Positions 10,565 through 20,286 are shown, counted from the first letter of the stretch. The stretch is DNA of 49,177 nucleotides from Nanohaloarchaea archaeon PL-Br10_U2g16 (GCA_001563995.1 LKMV01000001.1:1-49177); one strand, 5' to 3'. The notes: generated by a model not told the origin, from the letters alone. Translations and numbers: made by a program.

Positions 10565-10681
10565 AAATTATTAATTTTAGACAAAGTTTTATTAATATTC
10601 TGTTTTTCGTTAAGTTGTGGTAATAAAAGTCCTCAAATTTTATAACGTAAATGACTAAAAACTTCAAAACAATCTTCAGGC

Positions 10682-11272
10682 ATGGAGATAGAAAATATAT
10701 CGGAGGACGCTGAGCAGTTTACATGCAACACATACCTTATAGATGGAGAGATAATGGTAGATCCCGGGACAGCAGACTCTGTGAAGCAGAAGATAAAACA
10801 GATAGAAGATTTAAAGACTGTTCTTATAACACATAGCCATTATGATCATGTGGACAACCTTGAAACCGTTCTGGAGAACCATAATCCTGATATATACTGT
10901 TTTGATAAAGAAGAGCTTCCTGTAGAATCTGAAAAAACTATAGAGCTACAGGATGGAGAACAGGTTGAGTTAGACAGCTACAAGATAAGGGCTTTCCACA
11001 CACCAGGACATAAGGATGACCATCTATGTCTTTACTTCCTTGATGAAAAAATTCTGTTTGCAGGAGATCTAATATTCTCAGAAGGCGGTTTCGGGAGAAC
11101 AGATTTAGATGAAGGCGATAGAGAACTTCTTATACAGTCTATAAAGAAAATAATAGAAAATACCGAGCCGGAAAAACTTTATTCAGGCCATGGCGAAACT
11201 ATAGAGCAGAATACCGTTGAATGGGTTGAGAGTTCTCTCAAGAACGCTGAAAAGAAGGAGCCAAAGTACTGA
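10682..11272 (+). CDS. Metallo-beta-lactamase fold hydrolase
   Basis: LITHSHYDHVDNL (the HxHxDH motif) and a downstream HTPGHKDDH. Confidence 0.8.
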   Translation: MEIENISEDAEQFTCNTYLIDGEIMVDPGTADSVKQKIKQIEDLKTVLITHSHYDHVDNLETVLENHNPDIYCFDKEELPVESEKTIELQDGEQVELDSYKIRAFHTPGHKDDHLCLYFLDEKILFAGDLIFSEGGFGRTDLDEGDRELLIQSIKKIIENTEPEKLYSGHGETIEQNTVEWVESSLKNAEKKEPKY

Positions 11273-11325
11273 TACTTTACAGAAAAAAGAAGAAAAAAGA
11301 GGGAAAACTGTTCTCTTCTTAATCA

Positions 11326-12018
11326 CTAAATATCGTCTGAGATTCTGTCCAGCAGGTAGATATCCAGGAATCCGAATCCTGCCTTACATAAGAACGGCAG
11401 AATTACATATCCTAGAGTTACCTGGTAGTCGGACAGTACTCCAAGCCCGTAGCCTCCTACATCACCTAGCGCCCAAATCGTTGGGTAGCTCAACCAGGTG
11501 AGGATTACGAAGAGGCCTAACTTGTGGTATTCTCTGTTGAGAGCGTCGTTTGACTCTGTAACTCTCATCAGAGGACCCCAGATCATATAGATCACTCCAA
11601 ACATGAACAGGCAGCTTATCCCGTAGAATGCCCATGTAGCTGCAGCGGTCTCGGCAACGTGTGCCAGAAGACCTGCTGCGATCAGCATGAACTGAAGACC
11701 CATCAACGAACCTACCATGCTCCAATCAGTTGAATCGCTCGCAATATAGGCGGAAAGCCCTAGAGCAAGAACGATCAACGGCGTGGAAACAAGCCAGTCC
11801 GCATAGAAAGCCAGTTCAGCTATAGAGGTGTCGTACAGGATGTTCATATACATCAGACCCGACCACGATACGATAAAGAAGTGGATCAGGTAGAACTTCT
11901 TCGGTACGTCACCCCAGTTCTTGGACATCCAGAGGAAAGCCACCGCTGACAGAGCCGTAGCAGCTATATAAGCTGCAATAGTCTGGCTCGTCAATGTCGC
12001 TAGCTCTGGAAGTACCAT
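11326..12018 (-). CDS. Microbial (type-1) rhodopsin, divergent
   Basis: Seven hydrophobic segments. Helix C reads AFYADWLVSTPLIVLALGL (compare BR ARYADWLFTTPLLLLDL and HR ARYLTWALSTPMILLALGL). Helix F reads WLSYPTIWAL (BR WSAYPVVWLIG). Helix G reads VILPFLCKAGFGFL with the Schiff-base Lys (BR VLDVSAKVGFGLILL). Confidence 0.85.
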   Translation of the reverse strand: MVLPELATLTSQTIAAYIAATALSAVAFLWMSKNWGDVPKKFYLIHFFIVSWSGLMYMNILYDTSIAELAFYADWLVSTPLIVLALGLSAYIASDSTDWSMVGSLMGLQFMLIAAGLLAHVAETAAATWAFYGISCLFMFGVIYMIWGPLMRVTESNDALNREYHKLGLFVILTWLSYPTIWALGDVGGYGLGVLSDYQVTLGYVILPFLCKAGFGFLDIYLLDRISDDI

Positions 12019-12048
12019 GTTATCATCTAAATAAGACTTATTCAGAGC

Positions 12049-12060
12049 TTTATATATAAT
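12049..12060 (-). promoter_or_regulatory. TATA box for the rhodopsin gene
   Basis: On the minus strand TTATATATAAAG lies about 35-40 nt upstream of the rhodopsin ATG (12016-12018). Spacing fits an archaeal TATA with a short leader. Confidence 0.55.
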
Positions 12061-12098
12061 TTAGGGGTATAATCCGATCCGGCAGGATTACCGCCCTT

Positions 12099-13613
12099 TT
12101 ACTCCTCAGATACCTCGATTTCAAACTCCGGATCAGTTACCGTGATCTCTCCAGCCACCTCTCCATCCTCTATTACAGAGATCTCTATTCCTTCTTCGGT
12201 CATCGGCTGTTCATCAGCTTCACCTATATCCTCGCCTTCTAAGAACTCATAAATCTCCTGGTCGGTCTCTGCAGTATACACATTGCTGCTCTCCGCACTT
12301 ACCATCGAGGTAAACGCAATTCCTGCACTGTCAATCGGCACAACCCTTACTTGCCAGTAAAGCTGATCGTCTACTATCACAGGTAGAGGTTCTATAGGCT
12401 CAAATCCTGTGTCAGAGTCTTCATCCGCCCAGTTGACCTTACTGTTTGCCTGTCTTACATAGTTAACCGCTCTCTCAGCCCCTATCAGACCTTGCTGTCG
12501 GTCCAGGGCGTATAATTCATAATCTCCGGTTGCTCCATCCACTGTCCATATCTCAAACAGTCCTGAGGCATCTCCATAAGGCTCAGTAGCTATAAACAGC
12601 TGAGGACCTTCATCCGTCATTATAGTAAACGGCTGATCGTTATCAAATCCTGGTAGCGGAGCCACCTCCAGCTGATCCTCATGGAAAAACCATTTGTTCA
12701 AAACCCCGTTCCTGTACTCCATAGCGGAAACGTATCTTCTTGCTAGATTGTATGGATATACCCTTTGATCCTGAAGTATTTCATTCTCGGAGACTTCTTC
12801 TGACTCTAAATACTCCATCTCTCCTTCTTCATCAGTCAGGACAGCACCTCCCCACTCAGGAACCATGAGAAGTAGAGGGAACCTAAACTCTAAGCTATAA
12901 TCCACATAAGGCGTTGCAATATAGTTTTCTCCATCATGCTCCATCATAAAGTGGTCCTCATAACTTTTCCAGTAGCTTTGCTTTCTCTGCTGCCAGTCTA
13001 TGTTATCTCTTACCCTCATACCTATACCCACATCCATATCTCCATCATTGTAGCTAATATCCGAGCTGCTCGACGTCATATCAATATAGGCCCCTCCTCT
13101 CTGGCTAATGGAAAGACTGTTGATAAAGCCATCAGGTCTAAGAGGATAAGACCACTGAGGCGTACCGTTTGAATCTATTGCAATATCGCTTTCCCCTAAC
13201 TTGTGACGTGGCTCCTGAAGGCTGTTTTGGGCGAACTCATCCGACACCGTTCTTGGAAGTATCCTAGGATTCTGGTTATCTGCATCCGGCAACGAAGAGA
13301 TCTCAGTCCTATCCTCAACCAGATCTTCTGCTATAGACATGTTTGTATATGCCGAGCTGAGAATAATTCCTACAAAGAAAAACCCAACGAACGACATCGT
13401 AAATGCCGAGCTACCTAGACCGTCCACATCAGTAAAACGGTAAGCCAAGAACGATAACACTGCACTAAGGATTAATGCCTGAATAATAAACGGATTAAGG
13501 TATATAAATAGAGCTAAAGGTTGAATAAAAGGTCTTATATAGTATAGGAACGCCACTGATAAAAATAAGAACAGAACCGAGCCGATCTTTAAATGTCTAG
13601 CTGAAAAATTCAT
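12099..13613 (-). CDS. Membrane protein with N-terminal TM bundle and large acidic extracytoplasmic domain
   Basis: The first 90 aa give 3-4 hydrophobic helices, followed by a soluble domain of about 400 aa with an acidic C-terminus. It lies immediately upstream of the rhodopsin on the same strand. Confidence 0.6.
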   Translation of the reverse strand: MNFSARHLKIGSVLFLFLSVAFLYYIRPFIQPLALFIYLNPFIIQALILSAVLSFLAYRFTDVDGLGSSAFTMSFVGFFFVGIILSSAYTNMSIAEDLVEDRTEISSLPDADNQNPRILPRTVSDEFAQNSLQEPRHKLGESDIAIDSNGTPQWSYPLRPDGFINSLSISQRGGAYIDMTSSSSDISYNDGDMDVGIGMRVRDNIDWQQRKQSYWKSYEDHFMMEHDGENYIATPYVDYSLEFRFPLLLMVPEWGGAVLTDEEGEMEYLESEEVSENEILQDQRVYPYNLARRYVSAMEYRNGVLNKWFFHEDQLEVAPLPGFDNDQPFTIMTDEGPQLFIATEPYGDASGLFEIWTVDGATGDYELYALDRQQGLIGAERAVNYVRQANSKVNWADEDSDTGFEPIEPLPVIVDDQLYWQVRVVPIDSAGIAFTSMVSAESSNVYTAETDQEIYEFLEGEDIGEADEQPMTEEGIEISVIEDGEVAGEITVTDPEFEIEVSEE

Positions 13614-13705
13614 TTTTACAGTAATTTTCTAGAAGATAACAGTTTTAAATATGGTTTAATCTCAAGAACCAAGACAACTTTTAGGATTAAGAACAAAATA
13701 CCGTT

Positions 13706-15073
13706 TCAGTACTCTCTACCGATCATTTTCTTGAATACCAGGTAACCAATCACAGCTCCTAAGATATTTGACACAGTGAAGGCCCACCAGATCCCTGTTT
13801 CCCCCATGAAATCAACTGAAAGATATGCAAACGGTATCCTGATAACCCATAAAGTTACAACTGCGACCATCGCCGAGGTAAACGTCCTCTCAATACCTCT
13901 TAGACCTCCGTTGTATATACTTTTTACCCCTACAAATCCAAAGCTTAAACCAAGTATTCTAAGGAACTCCGATCCTATAGCTATTACCTCAGGATCGGAG
14001 CTAAACAACGACAACACCGGAGAAGCAAAAATTATACAGAAAAGACCTAAAACTGAAAGTATACCTAGAATATATTTTGAAGCTACCGCGTTAGCTTTCT
14101 CAGCACGTCCGACCTTTCCGGCACCATGGTTCTGGGCAGTCATAGTTTCCACACTTCTTGATACAGCGATTGCAGGTAGGTAGACAGCTGAGTAGATCCT
14201 GATAACAATACCATAAGCAGCTACTACAGGAGTTGAAAACATTCCTACAATAATAAGTATTGCATTTACCGATAAAGATCTTGTCACGATCTCAAGGCTG
14301 GCGGGAGCCCCCAAAAACACTGTCCTTTTAAGATATCCAAGATCAGGCCACATCTGACTTAAAGAGACCTTTAATCCTTTAACACCGCTAAAAAGTATGT
14401 AAAGCCCTACAGCGAATCCTAGTCCTCTGCTTATTATAGTTGCAAGAGCTGCTCCCTCTACACCAAGTTCCGGGAAAAAAGACCATCCGAAGATCAATAA
14501 AGGATCAAGCACCATGTTCAACATAACAGAGCCTCCCATTATCAACATAGGAGTTACAGTGTCGCCATAACCTCTCATTAAAGAGTTAAATACCGAAAAA
14601 CCGAAGTATAATATCATGCCTAGAGACACTATCTGAAGATAGTCAGTAGCTAAAGGTATTACGTCCTCCTCCGCACCAAGCAGAGTGATAACCTGTTCTG
14701 ATAAGAAATAACCCGTTATGCCTATTAAGACCGAGAAAATAGAGATATACAGCAAAGTCTGGGATGCAGCTTTTTCTGTAGCCACTGAATCACTTTTGCC
14801 CTGGTTCTGGGCTACAAATATGCTTCCGGCGATAGATAGCCCTATGCCTAAAGATACCAGAAAGAATATTACAGGAAATACAAAACCTACAGCAGCTAGA
14901 GCCTCTGTACTTACCCTTCCTAGCCAGAAGACATCTACAATGTTGTATGCTACCTGTAGCAGGTTGCTTATTACTACAGGAAGTGATAGGTAAAGCAGAG
15001 GTTTTCCGATTCCTCCTTCCGTCAACTCTACCTTTGTGTCTCCGGAAAAGATCTGCCTCAGTTTGGATTTCAC
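13706..15073 (-). CDS. MATE family efflux transporter
   Basis: N-terminus GIGKPLLYLSLPVVISNLLQVAYNIVDVFWLGRV, 12 predicted TM segments and the duplicated-half architecture typical of NorM/DinF MATE proteins. Confidence 0.9.
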   Translation of the reverse strand: MKSKLRQIFSGDTKVELTEGGIGKPLLYLSLPVVISNLLQVAYNIVDVFWLGRVSTEALAAVGFVFPVIFFLVSLGIGLSIAGSIFVAQNQGKSDSVATEKAASQTLLYISIFSVLIGITGYFLSEQVITLLGAEEDVIPLATDYLQIVSLGMILYFGFSVFNSLMRGYGDTVTPMLIMGGSVMLNMVLDPLLIFGWSFFPELGVEGAALATIISRGLGFAVGLYILFSGVKGLKVSLSQMWPDLGYLKRTVFLGAPASLEIVTRSLSVNAILIIVGMFSTPVVAAYGIVIRIYSAVYLPAIAVSRSVETMTAQNHGAGKVGRAEKANAVASKYILGILSVLGLFCIIFASPVLSLFSSDPEVIAIGSEFLRILGLSFGFVGVKSIYNGGLRGIERTFTSAMVAVVTLWVIRIPFAYLSVDFMGETGIWWAFTVSNILGAVIGYLVFKKMIGREY

Positions 15074-15111
15074 ACCGAAGTTTTGAACGGTTAAACTGAT
15101 TAAACCCGGAG

Positions 15112-16122
15112 CTACTCCACCTCTTCAGAGGCCTTATCTATCTTCTTCCTAGCCTCCTCCATCTTATCGCTGATATCTACAGAGAGATCCTCTTCATCCG
15201 GCTCTTCGAAATCCTGGCCGTCGATCGGAGTGATACCTCCGACCTCGGACAGAACCGTGGTGATGTCCTGCTCCGCATCCACTATATACTTAGAGCCGTT
15301 TCTGAGAGACTCAACAACAGTCTCAAGCTTCTTGTACTCCTGAGCCTCTCCTTTGAAATGGTTTCTGAGAGCATTATTCACTACTTTTATCTCATTTGCT
15401 TCAGCCTCAGCCCTTAGCTCGATGGAACGGGCCTCTCCTTCTGCTTCAAGAACTGCAGCTTTTTTCTGTCCTTTTGCCTCTTCAACCGCTGCTTTCTTCT
15501 TACCTCTTGCTTCAATCTCTGTGGCCTTAGCGTCGTCCTGTGCTGCATCTTTCCTGTTCTCGGCCTTAAGTATCTCGTTCATCGACTCCTGAACATCGCT
15601 TGGAGGCGTGATCTCTTTCATCTCCACCCTTACAACATCAATACCCCAAGCATCAGTATCCTCTTCCAGCTCTTCATGGAGCTTTCTGTTGATCTTCTGT
15701 CTTTCAGAGTTTACCTCTTCAAACTCCTTTGTTCCAATCACGTTCCTTGCGGTAGTCTGTGCAAGACGTGTAATCTGTTTCTCATAGTCATCCACATTAT
15801 AGAAGGACTTCTTCACATCATCCTCGTTCTTCCTCACCTGATAGTATACATCCAGATCGACGTTTGCATTCAGGTTCTCCTTCGTAATCATATCACTTGG
15901 GCGGACGTTTTTCATCTGTTCTGTGATGTTTCTAATATAGATCTTATCAATACGTGGAACCAGAAAATGTATTCCTGGCTCACAGAACTGATGGTACTCT
16001 CCAAAACGTTCTATTACCGCTCTTTCATCAGGTCTCACGATTTTAAAGCTTGAAAGGAAAAATATCAGTCCCATCAAGGCTACAAACCCTACCAAGACGA
16101 TGTTTATTATCGCAGCTACCAT
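15112..16122 (-). CDS. SPFH/band-7 (stomatin/prohibitin-like) membrane protein
   Basis: N-terminal TM, then IVRPDERAVIERFGEY...GIHFLVP (the band-7 core), then a long Ala/Glu/Lys coiled-coil tail. Confidence 0.85.
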   Translation of the reverse strand: MVAAIINIVLVGFVALMGLIFFLSSFKIVRPDERAVIERFGEYHQFCEPGIHFLVPRIDKIYIRNITEQMKNVRPSDMITKENLNANVDLDVYYQVRKNEDDVKKSFYNVDDYEKQITRLAQTTARNVIGTKEFEEVNSERQKINRKLHEELEEDTDAWGIDVVRVEMKEITPPSDVQESMNEILKAENRKDAAQDDAKATEIEARGKKKAAVEEAKGQKKAAVLEAEGEARSIELRAEAEANEIKVVNNALRNHFKGEAQEYKKLETVVESLRNGSKYIVDAEQDITTVLSEVGGITPIDGQDFEEPDEEDLSVDISDKMEEARKKIDKASEEVE

Positions 16123-16260
16123 GTTGTTTTTAGGAACTCCAACAGTTTTATGGGTTTTGGAAAGGTTGTGACCGGCAAAGCTTTAGCCGGGTAGAACGAA
16201 GTTGAAGGATTCCATACCGTTTAAATTATCCCCTGTCGTATCCTAGTATGTGAGATAATC

Positions 16261-16458
16261 ATGGAACTATCAACAGCTAAGATGAAACAGATGATCAAAA
16301 GTCAGGGAGACAAAAGGGTCTCTGACGAGAGTGCGGAAAAACTTGGAGAAATCCTGGAAATGTTCGCCGGAGATATAGCTGAAGAAGCAAGAGCAATCGC
16401 AGAAGAAGACGGAAGAAAGACAGTAAGAAGAGAAGACATAAAAGCAGCACTTGAATAG
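16261..16458 (+). CDS. Archaeal histone-like protein, paralog B
   Basis: 65 aa with ...GDIAEEARAIAEEDGRKTVRREDIKAAL matching histone-fold helix 2/3 and the RKT motif. TTTAAATTAT lies about 30 nt upstream. Confidence 0.8.
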   Translation: MELSTAKMKQMIKSQGDKRVSDESAEKLGEILEMFAGDIAEEARAIAEEDGRKTVRREDIKAALE

Positions 16459-16500
16459 CTTTTTTCTATTTTTTACCCTGTTTTTACCTTTATTTTTCAG
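16459..16500 (+). terminator. Oligo-T archaeal terminator after histone B
   Basis: TTTTTTCTATTTTTTACCCTGTTTTTACCTTTATTTTTC lies directly after the stop codon. Confidence 0.5.
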
Positions 16501-16966
16501 AACAAGTTCAGACCAACTTTGAATTAACCATTCTAATGGATATCAAGTAAATCAGTAGAAGCTCAAAAGGTTATCTAACTTTTAGTTATAGTAGAAGGGT
16601 GGTGAGGAGGTGTCCCCAGATGGTGGTGGTCGATCTAGGGACACGTTATAAAGTGGGTGCGGTTCATTAACGATATTTCAGCGCCTGTTTAAAAACCTTA
16701 GGAAGATCAGTTAGTAGAGAAAACTTGCATCTATAACATAGAATCTTATAATTAAGATAAAGCCTGACGATTAAAGCAACATAAAACATCATAAGAGTAG
16801 CTTAAAACCCTTGCCTGAAGCTATAACGTCAGATAACTAGTTCCAAAATATAAATATTATGTCCAATTGGTTTTTAGGTGGATCAGTTTGGAAAACAACA
16901 GCTTCAAATTACCGTCATTTATTTCAAATCACCATGGATTTAAGCTTTCCATCCGGGTAGGTTATT

Positions 16967-17968
16967 ATGGATAATGAAGAAATAATTGAAAACATCGTAG
17001 AGGAGACCGAACTCACAGAAGAAGATGTGAAGGAAGAGGTAGAAGATAAGATGGAGGAGTTTGACGGACTTGTCTCCGAGGAAGGCGCAATACATCTAGT
17101 AGCAAAGGAGAACGGCGTAAGACTTGCAGGAGAGACTGACACCGATCTAAAGATTGAAAACGTCGTACCTGACATGAGAAAAGTTAATATCAAGGCCAGA
17201 ATTGTAAATATAACCGACATGAACACGTTTGAGAGGGACGATGATGAAGAGGACGGACGTGTCCAAAACATTGTACTGGGAGACGATACCGGTACGATCA
17301 GGGTAACTTTATGGGATGACCAAACCGAAATAGCTGATAAAGTAGATGAAGGCGACGCTATAGAGATAGAGAGTGCATATACCGTGGAAGACAACCAGGG
17401 TAACGCAGAGATCAGGCTAGGAGACTCCACACAGGTAAAGAAAGCTGAAGATGACGAAGTACCGGAAGTAGATGTCGACTCCGGCTCCAGTGTTACAGAG
17501 TCCGATGTGAGAGGTATTAACTCGGAAAACGCCGAATACGTGGTTGACGGCATGATAGTAGATGTATATACATCTAATCCTTTCTACAGGGTCGATCCGG
17601 AGACAGGAGAGACTGTGAGGGAGAACGACGACGGAGATCTGATGACAGATGAAGGAAAAGAGGTCGAAGACCCCGATCACAGGCTAGCTCTCTCATGTGT
17701 ACTGGATGACGGCACAGGAAACATCAGAGTTGTGCTGTTTAGAGATCAGGCCAGAAACCTTCTTGGACTCGACGAAGAAAAGGAGAAAGAAGGAGATCTA
17801 AAAGCTGTAGAGGATGCAGCTGAAGAAGCTGTTGGAAAAGAGGTTCGGGTCGAAGGCAGAACACGTTTCAACGATTACTTTGGAAGGATTGAACTAGTTG
17901 GAAACAGCTTTGAACATCTGGAGACAGAGAATAAAATCGACGAACTTGTCGAAAAAGTAGGTGCTTAA
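16967..17968 (+). CDS. Replication protein A-like ssDNA-binding protein (OB folds)
   Basis: Acidic N-terminus, then two OB-fold-like modules (KIENVVPDMRKVNIKARIVNI...GDDTGTIRVTLWDDQ and a second with GTGNIRVVLFRDQA), typical of archaeal RPA/SSB. Confidence 0.8.
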   Translation: MDNEEIIENIVEETELTEEDVKEEVEDKMEEFDGLVSEEGAIHLVAKENGVRLAGETDTDLKIENVVPDMRKVNIKARIVNITDMNTFERDDDEEDGRVQNIVLGDDTGTIRVTLWDDQTEIADKVDEGDAIEIESAYTVEDNQGNAEIRLGDSTQVKKAEDDEVPEVDVDSGSSVTESDVRGINSENAEYVVDGMIVDVYTSNPFYRVDPETGETVRENDDGDLMTDEGKEVEDPDHRLALSCVLDDGTGNIRVVLFRDQARNLLGLDEEKEKEGDLKAVEDAAEEAVGKEVRVEGRTRFNDYFGRIELVGNSFEHLETENKIDELVEKVGA

Positions 17969-17991
17969 TTATACTATGAAATCTTCTAAAA

Positions 17992-18963
17992 TTGAACACA
18001 AGGTGTCAAAAAGTGACAGATGAAAACGAAGTTGATCTCGAAGATCTGAAAGGCGTAGGAGCAAAAACAGCGGAAAAACTAACAGAAGCAGGATACGACG
18101 ACTTGATGTCGATAGCAACTATGTCTGCAGGAGATCTAGGAGAGGTAGCGGACCTCGGTGAGAAGAAATCCCAGAAGATAATTACTGCTGCAAGACAGGA
18201 ACTAGACCTAGGATTCGAGTCAGGAAAGGACAAGTACGATCAGAGAAAGCAGATGAAAAAGATTTCTACCGGTTCAGAGGATATGAATGACCTTCTGGGC
18301 GGAGGAGTTGAGACACAGTCCATCACAGAGTTCTACGGAGAGTATGGAAGCGGTAAGACCCAGTTAGCACACCAGCTTTCAGTAAACGTTCAGAAACCTG
18401 AGGAAGACGGAGGTATGGATAGAGGAGTTGTCTATATAGATACAGAAGATACCTTCACACCGGAAAGAATTGAACAGATCGCGGAAGGAGCAGATATGGA
18501 TGTAGAGGAAGTACTTGACAACATTCATGTGGCTAGAGCCTACAACTCAGACCATCAGATGCTTCTTGCTGATGAAGCTCAGGATATCTGCCAAAAGGAG
18601 AACATAGGCTTAATCATTGTAGACTCACTAACCGCCCAGTTCCGTGCAGATTATGTGGGGAGAGGAGAGCTAGCCCCAAGACAGCAGAAGCTAAACAGAC
18701 ATATGAACACTTTGCTAAGGCTTGCAAACTCACATAACGCTGCGGTAGTGGTTACAAACCAGGTAATGGCCAATCCAGACCAGATGTTCGGCGATCCGAC
18801 AAAGGCGATCGGAGGCCACATAGTAGCTCACAACTCCGCAGTAAGGCTTTATCTGAGAAAAGGTAAGAAGGACAAAAGGGTAGCGAAGCTAGTAGACAGC
18901 CCTTACATGCCTGAAGGCGAGTCGGTGTACAAGATTACCGACGACGGGATAATAGACGCATAA
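17992..18963 (+). CDS. radA: DNA repair and recombination protein RadA
   Basis: N-terminal HhH (LEDLKGVGAKTAEKL), Walker A GEYGSGKTQLAHQL and Walker B LIIVDSL. The true start may be the in-frame GTG at 18012 rather than the ATG at 17992. Confidence 0.95.
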   Translation: MNTRCQKVTDENEVDLEDLKGVGAKTAEKLTEAGYDDLMSIATMSAGDLGEVADLGEKKSQKIITAARQELDLGFESGKDKYDQRKQMKKISTGSEDMNDLLGGGVETQSITEFYGEYGSGKTQLAHQLSVNVQKPEEDGGMDRGVVYIDTEDTFTPERIEQIAEGADMDVEEVLDNIHVARAYNSDHQMLLADEAQDICQKENIGLIIVDSLTAQFRADYVGRGELAPRQQKLNRHMNTLLRLANSHNAAVVVTNQVMANPDQMFGDPTKAIGGHIVAHNSAVRLYLRKGKKDKRVAKLVDSPYMPEGESVYKITDDGIIDA

Positions 18964-19097
18964 ATCCCTTCATTCTTCTTATCTTTATTCTTTTTCTTGC
19001 TATTTATAGAAATTCTCAGTCACAACCTCTGAATCTACAGTTGAGACTGTTAATTAAATGAGAAAGAGAAGCTGTGGGAGCTGTTTAACGTTCCGAA

Positions 19098-19358
19098 TCA
19101 AATAATGTCGTCTTCGGAAACAATTACAAAGTCTCCAATGCTTCTGACTGCAGAGAAAGGCAGAATGTTCCTACCTTTTCTGTCTTCTTGAAGCTTTACA
19201 TCATCTATGTGATCCGTTGTATCTGTAATAAGCAGATTCATCAGTTCTCCTGTGTCTTCTACGAATGATATATCTTCTACTTCTCCGTATTTTTTACCGT
19301 GTTCTTCCGAAACAATTGTCTTTCCTACAAGTTGTGTGCCACGTGGCTTGTCAGTCAT
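19098..19358 (-). CDS. PRC-barrel domain protein
   Basis: 86 aa with LVGKTIVSEEHGKKYGEVEDISFVEDTGELMNLLI, the archaeal PRC-barrel pattern. Confidence 0.7.
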   Translation of the reverse strand: MTDKPRGTQLVGKTIVSEEHGKKYGEVEDISFVEDTGELMNLLITDTTDHIDDVKLQEDRKGRNILPFSAVRSIGDFVIVSEDDII

Positions 19359-19408
19359 TTTGATACCCTCTATAATACTTTATTAGTCCGGAGGCATTAA
19401 AAGTTTAC

Positions 19409-19945
19409 ATGGCCCGGGTGTTCTCAGCTGTAGAGGTTGAAAGTAATGAGCTGCAGCAGGAGCTTGTAGAAGTTAGGAACCGGTTCGATCTAGGTTTTAA
19501 CCCGGTTGAAAAAGATAAGTTTCATGTCACCCTACAGTTTTTCCAGGATATCGAACAGAGACAGATAGAAACCATCAAATCATCTATGGAAAAGGTTAAT
19601 ACCGATAGCTTTTCTTCTAAAGTAAGAGGAGTTGGATCATTTCCTTCAAACAGTTACATACGCGTGATTTGGGCCGGAGTAGAGTCTAAAAGCTTCCAGA
19701 AGCTTTATAGCCAAGTATCCGACCATGATGTAGAGGACGACCACGACCATGATTTTAAACCACATATTACGTTTCTGAGGGTCGAGGATATTTCATCTCA
19801 AAGAAAGAAAAAGATCCAAAAGATGTTAAAAGAGTTTGGAGACCATGACTTCGGTAATCTTAACGTAGAACGTGTTAAGCTGTTCGAATCAGAGTTAAAA
19901 CCTTCTGGTTCGGTTTACAGACAGCTGCACGTGAAAGAACTTTGA
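19409..19945 (+). CDS. RNA 2',3'-cyclic phosphodiesterase / 2'-5' RNA ligase (LigT/ThpR, 2H family)
   Basis: Two H-x-T/S-x motifs (FHVTLQF and KPHITFLR) at the spacing expected for the 2H phosphoesterase family. Confidence 0.8.
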   Translation: MARVFSAVEVESNELQQELVEVRNRFDLGFNPVEKDKFHVTLQFFQDIEQRQIETIKSSMEKVNTDSFSSKVRGVGSFPSNSYIRVIWAGVESKSFQKLYSQVSDHDVEDDHDHDFKPHITFLRVEDISSQRKKKIQKMLKEFGDHDFGNLNVERVKLFESELKPSGSVYRQLHVKEL

Positions 19946-20286
19946 AACAGAAATATATAGCAAAGGCGTCGATCTTTTTCAGCATACTGGGCCTTACATT
20001 GATGTATGTCTCATCGATATACATTCAGCCTGATACAGTCCAGGTAGGAGAGATACAGGAGAGTTGGTCGGGGAAGAATGTGCAGGTTTCCGGGACCCTC
20101 TCAGAGTACGGGGAAGGTGGCGGACATCTCTTCATGGAGCTTGAGAACGGAGGAGATAAGGTTGATCTTGTGATGTTTGATACGGATAAAAGTTTTTCAG
20201 AAGGCGATGAAGTTACGGCGCAAGGCCACATAGATATCTATGAGGGAGAACTGCAGATAGTGGCGGAGGAGATAGAGAAGAACTGA
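19942..20286 (+). CDS. Membrane-anchored OB-fold (BOF/YgiW-like) protein
   Basis: N-terminal TM helix followed by an OB-like beta-rich domain (GKNVQVSGTLSEY...VDLVMFD...VTAQGHIDIYEGELQIV). It overlaps the stop of the LigT gene by 4 nt. Confidence 0.5.
   Translation: MKQKYIAKASIFFSILGLTLMYVSSIYIQPDTVQVGEIQESWSGKNVQVSGTLSEYGEGGGHLFMELENGGDKVDLVMFDTDKSFSEGDEVTAQGHIDIYEGELQIVAEEIEKN

Noticed and set aside
16924-17553. 209-aa Ser/Thr-rich ORF antisense to the RPA gene
   Set aside because: It has low-complexity serine-rich composition and lies entirely inside the well-supported RPA coding region on the other strand. It is a typical shadow ORF.
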